Virus record (IMG/VR): IMGVR_UViG_3300028388_001804
Coordinates: 1-52,939 of that record
Reading direction: 5' to 3' (one strand)
Length of the DNA stretch: 52,939 bases
Source of the DNA: a virus
Lineage: Duplodnaviria > Caudoviricetes
Below are positions 32,828 through 43,381 of this stretch, piece by piece. The position numbers were made by a program, and so were the translations under genes. Numbering within the stretch: the stretch's first letter is position 1; every line of letters begins with the position of its first letter. Under the pieces are notes generated by a model. The model was not told the origin of the DNA. It was given only the letters and a program-made list of their open reading frames with translations, and did no database searches.

Positions 32828-33565
32828 TTATAATGTTTTCATTATACTATCTTGTGAGCTTTGTACTTGAAATGTATCGTAAGTAATTTTAGATACTATT
32901 TCAATGGCAAAATCAAGTAAAAGATTATGGTATCCTTCATGTAGCTCACATTGTACGGGAGGATCAGTTGCTTGATAGCCAGATTGAGATGTGTTAAATT
33001 CAACGCTATTATATCCGCTATATGTAAAATTAGGAGTATTATAATTTCCAAAAAACATTTTAACAGGTTGTCTTAAATATGTAATAGTAAAACTGTTGAA
33101 CGTAACTCCTGCAGGAATGAAAAATTCAATTGAATTGTTGTAAAATACTGCTAAAGCTCTTTTCCATTGTTTAGATGGGGCTTTAAAAGAATCCTTTTTA
33201 AACATTTCAATATCATCATGCTGTACAACAGTTACGTTAAATTCTCCGCAATTCGAATGTAGTTTTATATTCGCATAATGTAGATACAAGTGCGATAAAT
33301 CCATTAAATTGAAAATATTCGAAGGAGGATAAGAAATAGTTTCTTTTACAGTAAATGTAGAAAGAATATCTCTATTTTGTTGGTCTATCTCATATCCTTG
33401 TTCTATTCTGGTATTTGGCATTCCTTTGTAAGCTAACGTTATTAACCTATTAAGTGCGTTATTCAGAATAGAATCTTTTTCCAACGGAGTAAGTTGTATT
33501 TTACTATTTGTATTTAATTTATTATAGCGAAAGTCTAACTCCCAATGAAGTTCTGCAATAGTCAT
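32828..33565 (-). CDS. Ring / head-tail adaptor protein (crAss gene 74-like)
   Basis: MTIAELH..LD...NK, EKDSILNNA, ITYLRQP and CELHEGYH..LLDFAI motifs. Confidence 0.75.
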   Translation of the reverse strand: MTIAELHWELDFRYNKLNTNSKIQLTPLEKDSILNNALNRLITLAYKGMPNTRIEQGYEIDQQNRDILSTFTVKETISYPPSNIFNLMDLSHLYLHYANIKLHSNCGEFNVTVVQHDDIEMFKKDSFKAPSKQWKRALAVFYNNSIEFFIPAGVTFNSFTITYLRQPVKMFFGNYNTPNFTYSGYNSVEFNTSQSGYQATDPPVQCELHEGYHNLLLDFAIEIVSKITYDTFQVQSSQDSIMKTL

Positions 33566-33567
33566 TG

Positions 33568-34731
33568 TTAATCAACTTTTGCCCCTTTTCTTTTCAGTTC
33601 TTCTTCTAAATCTTTATAGATATTAGACAAATCTGAAGCAGGGTCATATATTTTATATTGCTCTAAGAAAAATGCTATGACTTTTGATTTGTTTGTACCT
33701 AACTTGTGTAAATTAGGTTGATCGTATTTAGCGTGCCAGATAAAATACCCATCAACAGGAGTAATCACTTTATAATTCAGTGCTTGTTGAAATATAAAAT
33801 GAACATGAAATAAAGCTCTAGTTTTAGAACTTTTTGCCATTTTATAAACATCTAAAAACTTCTTTATATTGTGAGGTTTACTTCGCGCATCTGTTGTATG
33901 TAAATAATCGTTTAATCTTTCTTTAACAGTATCAGAAGACACTTCACCTATAACTAAAGGTCTGCCGTTTTTCCAAGTTAGTAATGAAGCAACTTGAAAT
34001 ATAACTGAATCTGATTGTTTTGTAAGAAGATGTACTAATTCACTAATAGCTAAGTTAAATTGATTTACTTTAGCTAATTTTTCAGCTCTTTCTTCGTTTT
34101 CTTCTGAAATATAAAAGATATGATAGGCTGAATTTTGCTCTTCTTTACTCTTAGCAATTAAAGGATGTATTTTAATTAATTCTAAAGCAAGATCATTTTT
34201 TGGTGTTCCTGACTGTATTCTAATTACGTCATCGTATAAAAAGTATTTAAACGACTGTAAATATGAAGGAGTGCTTGACTTGACCAAATCTCTCATATCT
34301 TGATTTTTAGGAATATTAAAAATAGTATATCCAGATAAATGAGAAGTATAAAAATCTTTAGGACGTTTATGTTCTATTTCATAATACACTTGTTTTGTAA
34401 TTTCATCTGCTTCTACGATGTGTTCTAAATCTCCATTTGACCAAGATGAATCAAGGGCATAAGCATTTTTTATTTCTTGAGCATTTCTTCCTTTAAAAGG
34501 ATTTGACATAAGTTCATCTAATCCTGTTATAAGTTTATTATTAGAGTGATCTATTGGAAACATTATAACTTCAGATGTTTTAACTTTGCCATAAGCTTTA
34601 GTAGCTTTGAATGGATTAGATGCCACTGTTTCACCAGTGGCATTCTTTATTGTCCATGTTAAATTATGATAACCGTGTACTGTTGTTCTTTCTACAGGAC
34701 GTAAGAATACTGTTCTTGTTCTTTTTTTCAT
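33568..34731 (-). CDS. Conserved crAss-like protein (gene 75-like)
   Basis: Directly after the MCP; LITGLD and HPLIAKS motifs. Confidence 0.65.
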   Translation of the reverse strand: MKKRTRTVFLRPVERTTVHGYHNLTWTIKNATGETVASNPFKATKAYGKVKTSEVIMFPIDHSNNKLITGLDELMSNPFKGRNAQEIKNAYALDSSWSNGDLEHIVEADEITKQVYYEIEHKRPKDFYTSHLSGYTIFNIPKNQDMRDLVKSSTPSYLQSFKYFLYDDVIRIQSGTPKNDLALELIKIHPLIAKSKEEQNSAYHIFYISEENEERAEKLAKVNQFNLAISELVHLLTKQSDSVIFQVASLLTWKNGRPLVIGEVSSDTVKERLNDYLHTTDARSKPHNIKKFLDVYKMAKSSKTRALFHVHFIFQQALNYKVITPVDGYFIWHAKYDQPNLHKLGTNKSKVIAFFLEQYKIYDPASDLSNIYKDLEEELKRKGAKVD

Positions 34732-34749
34732 TAAAATTTAATTTGAAAT

Positions 34750-36336
34750 TTAATCAAATTGAATACGACCGATTCTAGATACATCAAAAATACCTAAAGA
34801 TCCGTCTAAAGTGCGGTAGAATGATGCGTCTTTATTTAAAGAATAAGCATTACTTCCGTCTTTAATTGCTCCTGTATATGGATCATATACGTTAGAAACT
34901 GTGAAGTATTCTTCTACGCCATGTTCTCTAACCATAACCATATTATCTTTGCGACTTGCATTTGCAGGAGCTTGTTTAGTATGTCCAAAATCATAAATGT
35001 CATAACAATATGATTCTTTAGTATTTGATGTTCCTGGAGCCAATGTTCTATATAACTGAGGATCATCTTTTGTAGGATCGTATACTAATTCTACTGTAAT
35101 ACCATTAGGGGCGAGCCACTTTGTAAACTGAGATCCGTACTCTAATTCGTGTTTATGGAATCCACTTCCTCCATCTTTACGTTCACGAATAAAATGCGTG
35201 TCCATTACAGTATGAATCTTAGCTTCTTCACCTAAGAGTCTTTGCATATAAGCAATACCTCCTGTACCTGATACAAGTTTAATATGTCTTTCACTAAATG
35301 GAGTTCTAGTAATAAACTTGTTCATAAGATACTGATATATCTCATCCAAAGTTACACTACCGTTATGGCGTAATACAGACGAGTCTTTGACCATCTCTTC
35401 CCATCCCGGAGCTGTTCTTTGTTTTTTATTAGTATCTACATCATAAGTACTTTCATTCCTACCAAACTGCATTAAATTCTCTCTGTCCATTTGAACTTTC
35501 TCTTCAAGACGAGCTTCTAAAGCAGTTATAAATGTGTTAGCTTTAATTTCTTTACCAGTACCATTACGGTATGTTGTCTGCCAAACGTGTCCTATGCCGA
35601 TAGATTTATCCGAATCATAGTTTTCTGGAAGAGATCTTCTTTCTTGTCTACATCCAATTTCAGTTCTAATCATTTTATCAGTTACAGTTGCTTTTCTAGC
35701 TACAACTCCAATATGAGATTGAAGCTTATGCACATCGCTGAACTGTTGACCTCCAAACTTTTTGTTCGATTCATCAGGTACTGCTGTAGCTAAGTCAATA
35801 GCTTTTCTACCCGGTTGCAGGTATTCTGCAGGAATCCAATCGTTAGGATTAGATGATTGAATAACACCTCTGTATTTATATACATTTTCAGACAATTTAA
35901 CTGGATCTCCTATAATTCTAATGCCCGGTAAATTGTCTGCTTCAGTTTTAATAATTACAGGTTCGTGTAACCAACCTTTGTCAAGAGTAAATTCAAACTC
36001 TTCCCCACCTTTTCCTACTTGGTCAGATGCTCCTACAAGTAGATCACAAAAAGTAAATTCTACTCTAGGTGAAGCAACTAATTTCCAAGAGTAATGAGAA
36101 ATACCCCCTGGAAGCCAATAAACTCTGTTTTCTGCAGCAGTAAGATAAGTGAATTTTTTATTCATAAGATGTCCCCCTAAATCTGAAGAGAACATATTTG
36201 TAGAAACCACGCCAAAATCATAAGCTTGGTATTTTCTAAACATTCTATTGTAAGTAAGTGCATCAAAATAAGTACCACCGAAAGATGTTCTTTCTACTGT
36301 GGTAACTGCACTTCTACGAGATAATGGTGATGTCAT
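34750..36336 (-). CDS. Major capsid protein
   Basis: 528 aa after portal and scaffold; size, synteny and motifs (RTAPGWEEMV, LVSGTGG, NGITVELVYDP) are crAss-like. Confidence 0.85.
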   Translation of the reverse strand: MTSPLSRRSAVTTVERTSFGGTYFDALTYNRMFRKYQAYDFGVVSTNMFSSDLGGHLMNKKFTYLTAAENRVYWLPGGISHYSWKLVASPRVEFTFCDLLVGASDQVGKGGEEFEFTLDKGWLHEPVIIKTEADNLPGIRIIGDPVKLSENVYKYRGVIQSSNPNDWIPAEYLQPGRKAIDLATAVPDESNKKFGGQQFSDVHKLQSHIGVVARKATVTDKMIRTEIGCRQERRSLPENYDSDKSIGIGHVWQTTYRNGTGKEIKANTFITALEARLEEKVQMDRENLMQFGRNESTYDVDTNKKQRTAPGWEEMVKDSSVLRHNGSVTLDEIYQYLMNKFITRTPFSERHIKLVSGTGGIAYMQRLLGEEAKIHTVMDTHFIRERKDGGSGFHKHELEYGSQFTKWLAPNGITVELVYDPTKDDPQLYRTLAPGTSNTKESYCYDIYDFGHTKQAPANASRKDNMVMVREHGVEEYFTVSNVYDPYTGAIKDGSNAYSLNKDASFYRTLDGSLGIFDVSRIGRIQFD

Positions 36337-37319
36337 TAACTAAGTATTTTAAAACTTGCTGGCTTTAAGCCGTTATTTTGCATGTTAAGTTGTTGCTGGA
36401 ATCCTCCGGCAACAGAGTTACTCTTAAATTTATCAGAGTAAAAATTTCTCAGTAAATTAGAATTATTGGTATTATTTTGACTAGAATTAGGTTCTATATA
36501 CTTACCATCTTTTATCCTAGAGCCAAATCTTAGAAAGTGTACAAATAACTCAGGACTACTTTGAATTGTATCCATGAGTTCTTGTAATTTATTTCCTGTA
36601 AATTGACTTAATAATTCTGATTTAACACGAGGGCTAAATTCTTTATTATTATTAACAAGTTCAATAACCTTAGAGCTAAAAGTTCTAGCCTCGGTTTCAG
36701 CTCTTTCTTTATTCAGTCGTTGGTTATTTAACTCTTCTTGTTCTTTTGCTTTTTTTTCTAAAAGCAAGGCTTCTTTTCTTTTTGAAGCTTTATCTATTAA
36801 TCTGTTTGAAGATTCTAAACTATCTAATAATGTATTAATTTCTTCGTCTGTAGCATCAGGAAGAAGATTTTTATAGTCATTTTCTAAAAAAGATCTTGCT
36901 GAATCAGCGTTAGAAACATCTACAGATTCTACTGACACTTTTTCTCGGACATTAGAAAAGAAATTACTTAGTTCTTCTAATGTAGCATTTTCTGACAAGC
37001 TTGCAGCATACTCAAATAAACTTTTAGCTACTGGAGGTAAAGATTCAACAACTTTATTCCTATAATACTCAGGAAGCTTATTTAAAGCTTCATCTAAAGT
37101 TTCTAACTTGCCATCAAAGTTTTCAATTGCAGGTATTGCATTTTTTTCTAAAAGTACATTATAAATACCCGTAGCCATATCAGGAGCATCTTGCGATGTT
37201 GTTGTAGTAGGCTGTTCACTTAAATCTTGTTCAAGTTCTTTAAACAAATCATCTGATAATGTTATTCCTTGGACCTCCTTATTTTCTTCTGATGTAGGAG
37301 TGTTATTATTGTTTTCCAT
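36336..37319 (-). CDS. Scaffolding-like protein (crAss gene 77-like)
   Basis: Acidic, coiled-coil, located between portal and MCP. Confidence 0.65.
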   Translation of the reverse strand: MENNNNTPTSEENKEVQGITLSDDLFKELEQDLSEQPTTTTSQDAPDMATGIYNVLLEKNAIPAIENFDGKLETLDEALNKLPEYYRNKVVESLPPVAKSLFEYAASLSENATLEELSNFFSNVREKVSVESVDVSNADSARSFLENDYKNLLPDATDEEINTLLDSLESSNRLIDKASKRKEALLLEKKAKEQEELNNQRLNKERAETEARTFSSKVIELVNNNKEFSPRVKSELLSQFTGNKLQELMDTIQSSPELFVHFLRFGSRIKDGKYIEPNSSQNNTNNSNLLRNFYSDKFKSNSVAGGFQQQLNMQNNGLKPASFKILS

Positions 37320-39792
37320 TATTTATTTTCTGATTTTCTAGTTCAATTTTATTATGATGTTCGTAAGTCTTATGGTCTAACTCCAGTTGTTTTTCTTCTA
37401 AAGAAACTTCAGACTTCATCATTTCAGTTTTTCTTCTTTCTATCTCTTTTACGACAATTTTTTCAATCTCATGTTTCTGATGATCTTCTCTAAGTATATT
37501 TTGCTGTTCTACAAGCTCTTTCTGAGCTTTACTTTGAGCTTCTTGCATTTCTTTTAATCTTTTAGCTCTTTTGTTAGCTTCCTCTTCAATAGCTGCATGT
37601 ATCTCTGAAGCAGAGGCGTTGTGTGTCATTAGCTTAACTAAGCGAGAAACAGATTCAATACCTTCTCCTGCATTTTGAGCAAATGCGTGAACTAATTGCA
37701 TCATAGTTTCTGTATATCTACTGCTAGAATCAGAAGAAGACAGCCAGAGTCCAAAGTCGTTGTAAGATAAATGATCTTCAGTTATTTTAAATATCACTTT
37801 ATTGCCTTCACTGGTAACATAAGTCATATACTGAGCAGTTTCTCCATTTTCAAATCTTTCTCTAATACAGATTCGATAAAGTTCTAACCAATAGTTTATC
37901 GTTCTTCTCCAAAAATTTAATGTTTTTTCAAAGTAAACTTTGGTCATTGTATAGGATCTTTGAATAGCTTCATTATCTGAAGACGCTGTAACTCCTTGTG
38001 TGAAATGAGCTTCTCTTTGAGGAGATATACCCATAGTATAACTTATTTCTCTATCAAGAAGACTAATTAAATTTTGTAGTGCTAGTATTTCATTTGCACT
38101 CCCAAGTTTAAATACTTGTCCCCCCGGAGTCCTAGTATGAGTTACTATAGCATCATCTGATGTCTGAGATCCTGAGTATAGAGATACATTATGATCTTCT
38201 AACATTCTAAACCAAGCAATTGTAGGGTCTTGAATATAATTACCGTCAGCATCTTTTCCAAGATCATCAGGTATTTGATCTACATCCACTGAATGAATAA
38301 AAGATTTATATTTAGATATTTCTTTATTTTGAATAAGTTTTAAATAAAATATTTGAAACATAATTGGGATAACTCTTTCAACTATTGATACAGCGTTAGA
38401 GTTTCTTTCTTCAAGAAGAACTCCATGGTATGATAAAGAAAAAGAACTAAACGGTCTTTCCATATTCAGAGGTTGTATCGGGACTTGACGACATTTCTTG
38501 AATATTTTACCGTCTATAACAAACATTTCATAAGCTCTTGGAATCCAATGTTCCTCTAGTTGAAAATATTGTTCTAATTCATCGTCATACCAATTGTAAG
38601 ATGTATATACATCTCCATATACATTTGTAGTCTTTTCTTTTTTAGCTTTTTTAGGTATCTTGTATGCTTCTGAAAATACTTTTACATCTTTATCTCCATC
38701 ATCATTATAAGATATTCTAAAATATATTTTATCGTAAGCTTTAAATTCTACATGAGATACCCAGTATAAATCTGAATTGCTATTATATCTAGCAGTTGAA
38801 TTGGATTGATATAATCCTGTATTTCTATCAGACCATGTATTTACAGTGTTTGCGTCGTATATAGACCATTCATAAGCACCTAAACTGTTTTGAATAGGTT
38901 CAGCTTTAGAAAATATATTATGTCTTTTATCGTAATTAGATATTAATCCTGAATCAGTACCAAGCTCTTTTAATTCTTCTTCTGTTAAATCTAAGGAGTC
39001 TATAAGTTCTGATTTGGTCATGACCGTGTTATATTTAAACCATTCTGATTTAGATATAAATTCTTGATCTGGAGATTTTTTGTAATTAACTCTTAAAGGA
39101 TTAATTACATCAATAACTGGCATACCATGTTTTATACTAACTTTAGTGTATGCTTCATTAGATATAACAGCATCAATCCAAGTATCTGTAGCTTTTTTAG
39201 CTACATCTTGACTGTATAAACATAGTTTTACTCCGTGAGACATGAACACTTCCCAATCTGTTAAAAAATCTTGTTGTATAACTTCTGCAGGAGAAGGCTG
39301 AGTAGTATTTTCCTCTAAATACGTTTGTTTTTCAAGAGGATTTAAATTCTCAGCTTCAAGTTCATTTTGTAGTTTTTCTTTTAAAGCATTTTTAAAATGT
39401 TTCTTTTTCAGCTCATTTTTCTTTTTAAAAGCTGAAGAAGTCAAAGGAACTACAATAAATTTATTATTTGATTGGATCATATTTAAAAAATCTCCTGCTA
39501 GAACATTAACTTTAGTATATATTTTATTATTATACGGCAATATACTTTCTACATTTATAGCTTCGGACTTTTCTCCTGTTAAAGATGAATACTGTTTTAT
39601 TAAATTTTTATATGTAGAAATATTATTATTTAATATTTCATAACATTGTTTTTTTCTTTCGTAATCTGGAGTTTCTGTAAAAGAAGAAGATATGTTGATG
39701 TCCCAAAAAGTTTTAAACCATTGATTGTCGTTAGCATGTTTTTCTTTACCTGAAACTTTTAAACTGAAAAAATTATCTGTATTTATTTTCAT
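37306..39792 (-). CDS. Portal protein
   Basis: 828 aa directly after TerL; KVNVLAGD, VINPL, MGISPQRE motifs and a coiled-coil C-terminus. Confidence 0.85.
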   Translation of the reverse strand: MKINTDNFFSLKVSGKEKHANDNQWFKTFWDINISSSFTETPDYERKKQCYEILNNNISTYKNLIKQYSSLTGEKSEAINVESILPYNNKIYTKVNVLAGDFLNMIQSNNKFIVVPLTSSAFKKKNELKKKHFKNALKEKLQNELEAENLNPLEKQTYLEENTTQPSPAEVIQQDFLTDWEVFMSHGVKLCLYSQDVAKKATDTWIDAVISNEAYTKVSIKHGMPVIDVINPLRVNYKKSPDQEFISKSEWFKYNTVMTKSELIDSLDLTEEELKELGTDSGLISNYDKRHNIFSKAEPIQNSLGAYEWSIYDANTVNTWSDRNTGLYQSNSTARYNSNSDLYWVSHVEFKAYDKIYFRISYNDDGDKDVKVFSEAYKIPKKAKKEKTTNVYGDVYTSYNWYDDELEQYFQLEEHWIPRAYEMFVIDGKIFKKCRQVPIQPLNMERPFSSFSLSYHGVLLEERNSNAVSIVERVIPIMFQIFYLKLIQNKEISKYKSFIHSVDVDQIPDDLGKDADGNYIQDPTIAWFRMLEDHNVSLYSGSQTSDDAIVTHTRTPGGQVFKLGSANEILALQNLISLLDREISYTMGISPQREAHFTQGVTASSDNEAIQRSYTMTKVYFEKTLNFWRRTINYWLELYRICIRERFENGETAQYMTYVTSEGNKVIFKITEDHLSYNDFGLWLSSSDSSSRYTETMMQLVHAFAQNAGEGIESVSRLVKLMTHNASASEIHAAIEEEANKRAKRLKEMQEAQSKAQKELVEQQNILREDHQKHEIEKIVVKEIERRKTEMMKSEVSLEEKQLELDHKTYEHHNKIELENQKINNGKQ

Positions 39793-41560
39793 TATATAAT
39801 TTTTTACTCATTGATATTATAGCAAGTTTATTTTTTGTTTTTTTAATTGCTTTAAGTTCAGCTGAATGTCTATCTTCTTTTATCCCTATAGCACACCCTA
39901 CTAAACTCATAACAGCATCGTAATTTCCTGAATCAAGTTCAAAACTTGCTATTTGTTTTAATGTAAAAATACAAGGTAAAGTTTCTATTACCAGTCTTTC
40001 TGTTCCATCAGATAGTTTAACTGTTTCTAATAACAAATCTCTTAAAGTTTCTAAGTATTGAATTTTAGAAACTCTATTTCCTACCATATATCCATATTGC
40101 GTTACTTTTTGCTGTTTAATAGAACTACCTACAGATTTACTAGGTCTTAAAGCTAATAATGAAGATTTATTTTTTCGGTAATAATAATCTTTACAAGCTT
40201 GTCCTCTGTTTGCTTCATAATGCAACCCTCTAGTAGGATTGCCATATAAAGCTAGAAGTTTTTCTTGGTTTTGATAGTACTCTTCTTTACCGTTAAAAGG
40301 TTTGCCTATGTATGTAGCTACAAGAGGAGATTTTTTCATAAATGTACTCCAATATTTAGGATTCATCATAACATGAGTAGATCCTAAAGACCCACCGTTT
40401 TCTGTGTTATCAGATACATAAGGGTCATGTCCAATATATTTATACATATCATCAGGAATAGTGCCATTTATTTTAACAGGAGGTTCGTACATTACAATAG
40501 CTCCTGCTAGGTCGTCTCTAGCATTCCAATTTTTTATATCGTAAAAAGGTTCAGATTTAAAGTCTACATTATATTTAATTTTATAATCTTTTGTAGAATC
40601 CCATGTTAAAGTAATAGGAGTACCTATAGTCTTGTAAAGAGAATTTTTTTCAAGTTGAGATATTCTTTCTATTGCAAGATCAGAAGGTAGTATAGACCCT
40701 TTAGAATTAACCCACATATCTGAAATTTTAACAGGATAATTCATTTTGTGCATACGAAGTGCTAAAGGATTGTTTGACTTAGAATGCTTATCTTCCTGTT
40801 TTGCAACAGCAGCTTTTGCCTTTTCAAAATCAAGATTACCATTCTCATCTCTGTAGTCATGAATAAAAGCTTGATATGCAGGAATAAAAAATCCTACTGG
40901 CTTATCAGTTTTTTCCCATATATCTTCATAGCTTACTATATTATAAGCTTCTGTAGATGTAAACATTTCTTTAGATGCAAGAATTGTTTCCATATGTCCA
41001 GAAGTTCCTAAAAATATTTGCACTCCAAATTGATCTTTTGGATCTGGAGTTACAGATACAGTTGCCATATTAGATCTATAAACTTTTCTCACATTTGCAA
41101 CTAAACCAACTTCTTCAATAATAGAAGTTACATATCGACCACCTGCCGCTGCTTCAGCTCCATCTTTTTTCTTAGAAGAATATAGTATATGGTATAAAGC
41201 AGATTGAGTGCCGTAACCATCAATCCATCGACCTCTCACTTTCTTCTTATAATTATGTCTCCACCCTTTAGTTTCTTTATTACCTGATTTAGTAGATCCC
41301 ATCATATCTTTGAAAAAAGGATTTGGTCTATAGTCTTGGTCGGTAGGTTTACCCCATACACCAAGATCTTGATTGTGTGCAAATTCATTCATACACTCAA
41401 CCATTTTATTTATAAACTCACCTGATTTTTTAGAATCTGATGAACCCACTGCAACGTGTATTCTATTCGGATTTTTAATAGATTCTTCTGTATAATATTT
41501 AGCTGAATCAAACACAAGATCATGCAGACCTTCTTCTAACGATATTTTATAACTTTTTCC
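39773..41560 (-). CDS. terL: Terminase large subunit, exon 2
   Basis: The frame extends 45 nt upstream of the track start to GGA AAA AGT (GKS). Contains Walker B IIEEVG, coupling motif FLGTSG, and nuclease motifs IGHDPY, YEAN, GNYDAV. Confidence 0.9.
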   Translation of the reverse strand, partial: GKSYKISLEEGLHDLVFDSAKYYTEESIKNPNRIHVAVGSSDSKKSGEFINKMVECMNEFAHNQDLGVWGKPTDQDYRPNPFFKDMMGSTKSGNKETKGWRHNYKKKVRGRWIDGYGTQSALYHILYSSKKKDGAEAAAGGRYVTSIIEEVGLVANVRKVYRSNMATVSVTPDPKDQFGVQIFLGTSGHMETILASKEMFTSTEAYNIVSYEDIWEKTDKPVGFFIPAYQAFIHDYRDENGNLDFEKAKAAVAKQEDKHSKSNNPLALRMHKMNYPVKISDMWVNSKGSILPSDLAIERISQLEKNSLYKTIGTPITLTWDSTKDYKIKYNVDFKSEPFYDIKNWNARDDLAGAIVMYEPPVKINGTIPDDMYKYIGHDPYVSDNTENGGSLGSTHVMMNPKYWSTFMKKSPLVATYIGKPFNGKEEYYQNQEKLLALYGNPTRGLHYEANRGQACKDYYYRKNKSSLLALRPSKSVGSSIKQQKVTQYGYMVGNRVSKIQYLETLRDLLLETVKLSDGTERLVIETLPCIFTLKQIASFELDSGNYDAVMSLVGCAIGIKEDRHSAELKAIKKTKNKLAIISMSKKLYNENKYR

Positions 41561-42461
41561 CTTTGTGGATCATATCATTTCCTACAACTCTACTTGTTTA
41601 GGAATTATGCGCTGTTTAAGTTTTAATTTGATTTTATACTGCATGGAAGGATGAATATAAGGCTCTATTATCTTAGAGAACTTTTTAAACTCTTTAGTAC
41701 CCATAGCCAATCTGGTGAATTGTTTATCTTTATGTATATTCCATTTAATTCCCCATCTTTCTTGAAAGTATTTTACAATAATTTCGTTACATTCTCGGCT
41801 AATGTAAGTGTTTAAAGTACAATGTACTTTAGTATACACACCATTACGAGAATAATGAGATAATGATCCATCATCCATATACCAAATAGCTAACTCTAAA
41901 GGCGATAATTTATTTAATACTCTCCTTGTTATTGCTTTTTTCCCGTTTCGATATAACAGATTATATAACGGTTTTAAAACTTTCTTATTACATTTTTCAT
42001 ACTGTAAAGCAGTAATATTGCTATACCCACTATTTTTATAAATAGTATAATAAGAAGTTCTAGGAGTTTTAGAGAGTATTTGTTCTAATTTTTTAGCCTT
42101 CCAATGAAAATATTCACTTTGTTTCGAAGAATGTTTCATTAGAAATCTGTATCGAATATATTTTTTCTGTATGACTCCTTTTGAAATGCACCCGTCCCCA
42201 ATTGCACATCCTAGTATAAATCTTTTTTCTTCTTTTGTCATAACCTTATGGTTATATTTAATAATTTAAAACTTAATGATCTCTGAACGTTCGTCTTATT
42301 TTCACTTAGACGCTTCGCTGCTGATTGTACGATAAGAATAAATCTTCAAGCGTGCCATATAAGATTTCTCTTTCTGTTTTAGCTTTATTCTTTTAGCTGT
42401 AGTTTCCAGCAATTCACATAATATTATATCTTTATATTTCTATAAAGGAGGGCAGAATTTT
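41561..42461 (-). ncRNA. Group I self-splicing intron (901 nt) in terL
   Basis: Exon GGGGGU pairs with GCCCUC (P1 with U.G). P2 is CUUUAUA-GAAA-UAUAAAG. P=GAAUUGCUGGAAA, Q=AAUCAGCAG, R=GUUCAGAGAUCA, S=AUGAUAUGAUCC, P7=GAUCA/UGAUC, terminal G at 41561. Removal restores Walker A GTRGG|GKS in frame. Confidence 0.92.
41582..42241 (-). CDS. Intron-encoded double-motif LAGLIDADG homing endonuclease
   Basis: FILGCAIGDGCI and LAIWYMDDGSL motifs and C-terminal PYIHPSMQYK (LAGLIDADG_2 type). Lies between the R and S elements. Confidence 0.9.
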   Translation of the reverse strand: MTKEEKRFILGCAIGDGCISKGVIQKKYIRYRFLMKHSSKQSEYFHWKAKKLEQILSKTPRTSYYTIYKNSGYSNITALQYEKCNKKVLKPLYNLLYRNGKKAITRRVLNKLSPLELAIWYMDDGSLSHYSRNGVYTKVHCTLNTYISRECNEIIVKYFQERWGIKWNIHKDKQFTRLAMGTKEFKKFSKIIEPYIHPSMQYKIKLKLKQRIIPKQVEL

Positions 42462-43007
42462 ACCCCCACGAGTGCCAAGTATAAAAAAATTCTTAGCACC
42501 ATTTAAATATAAAGGAACACCTTTTGGTTTATCATGTAATTTATACAAATATTGTTTAGGCGGTACATAAGTTTTCCAAGAACCGTCAGGTTTTTTTAAA
42601 TAAGGTAAATGTCTTTTTGGTATATCTTCTTCACTAAAAGCAGTTGTAATACCTTCATAACAAGTGTATTCTGTATCATCTTTAAACCCAGAAAACCCTC
42701 TGGCTATGAGCAGTCCATAGCTCATAGTCCAATCAACATCTCTCATTACAGGTCTGATGAGTTTACGTCCTTTTGTAAACTCATCCACATCAACAATAAC
42801 ACACATATTATGGTACCACTGCATTTTACCGCTGCAATATCTGTATCCATTATTTTCTTTAGCCCAATAACCTTCTATAAATCTTCTCTTTAACTTAGAC
42901 CAGTAATCGACATACCTTAGTTCATCCGCAGGATTTATTTTTTCAAAAGAATCAATTAACCAAGTATTCCTGTTTTCTATCTGAACCCAGTAGTCTTTAT
43001 CTAACAT
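42462..43007 (-). CDS. terL: Terminase large subunit, exon 1
   Basis: YW...KRRFIEGYW, RPVMRDVDW; ends at the first half of Walker A (FFILGTRGG). The spliced product would be 777 aa. Confidence 0.9.
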
Positions 43008-43381
43008 TATTTTTTTAATTTATTAAAAGCTAAAGTATATAGTTTTTTCGTTGCTTCTAGTCTCTGTAATTCAGTAGGATTTTTACTATTAACGTACACT
43101 TCTTCATAACATTTTTCTGCTTTTTGGTCAAATAATCCTAAAGCATAGATGTTGCCGACTGTATAAGAAACTAATGCTAGATGTTCAAAAGGGTTTGAAG
43201 CAAAATCAGTAATTTCAGTTAAAACTTGAGCTTTTTCTGAATCTTTAAATGTTTTGCTAAAAACTTTACCGTTTGAAAATTGTACTTTATAAGTATTATA
43301 ATGCTCTGTTTCTAATTTAGTTCTATTTCTTTCTATTTTTTCTATAATAGGTAATACTTTCATTTTTATTTTTTTATCCAA
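43007..43381 (-). CDS. Hypothetical protein
   Basis: 124-aa ORF coupled to its neighbours. Confidence 0.6.
   Translation of the reverse strand: MDKKIKMKVLPIIEKIERNRTKLETEHYNTYKVQFSNGKVFSKTFKDSEKAQVLTEITDFASNPFEHLALVSYTVGNIYALGLFDQKAEKCYEEVYVNSKNPTELQRLEATKKLYTLAFNKLKK

Noticed and set aside
41582-42241. Intein in TerL
   Set aside because: The endonuclease has its own start and stop and is flanked by group I RNA elements; there are no intein splice residues.
42432-43007. 191-aa ORF as a separate small terminase or pseudogene
   Set aside because: It is terL exon 1; the last residues (KILPSFIEI) are intron read-through.
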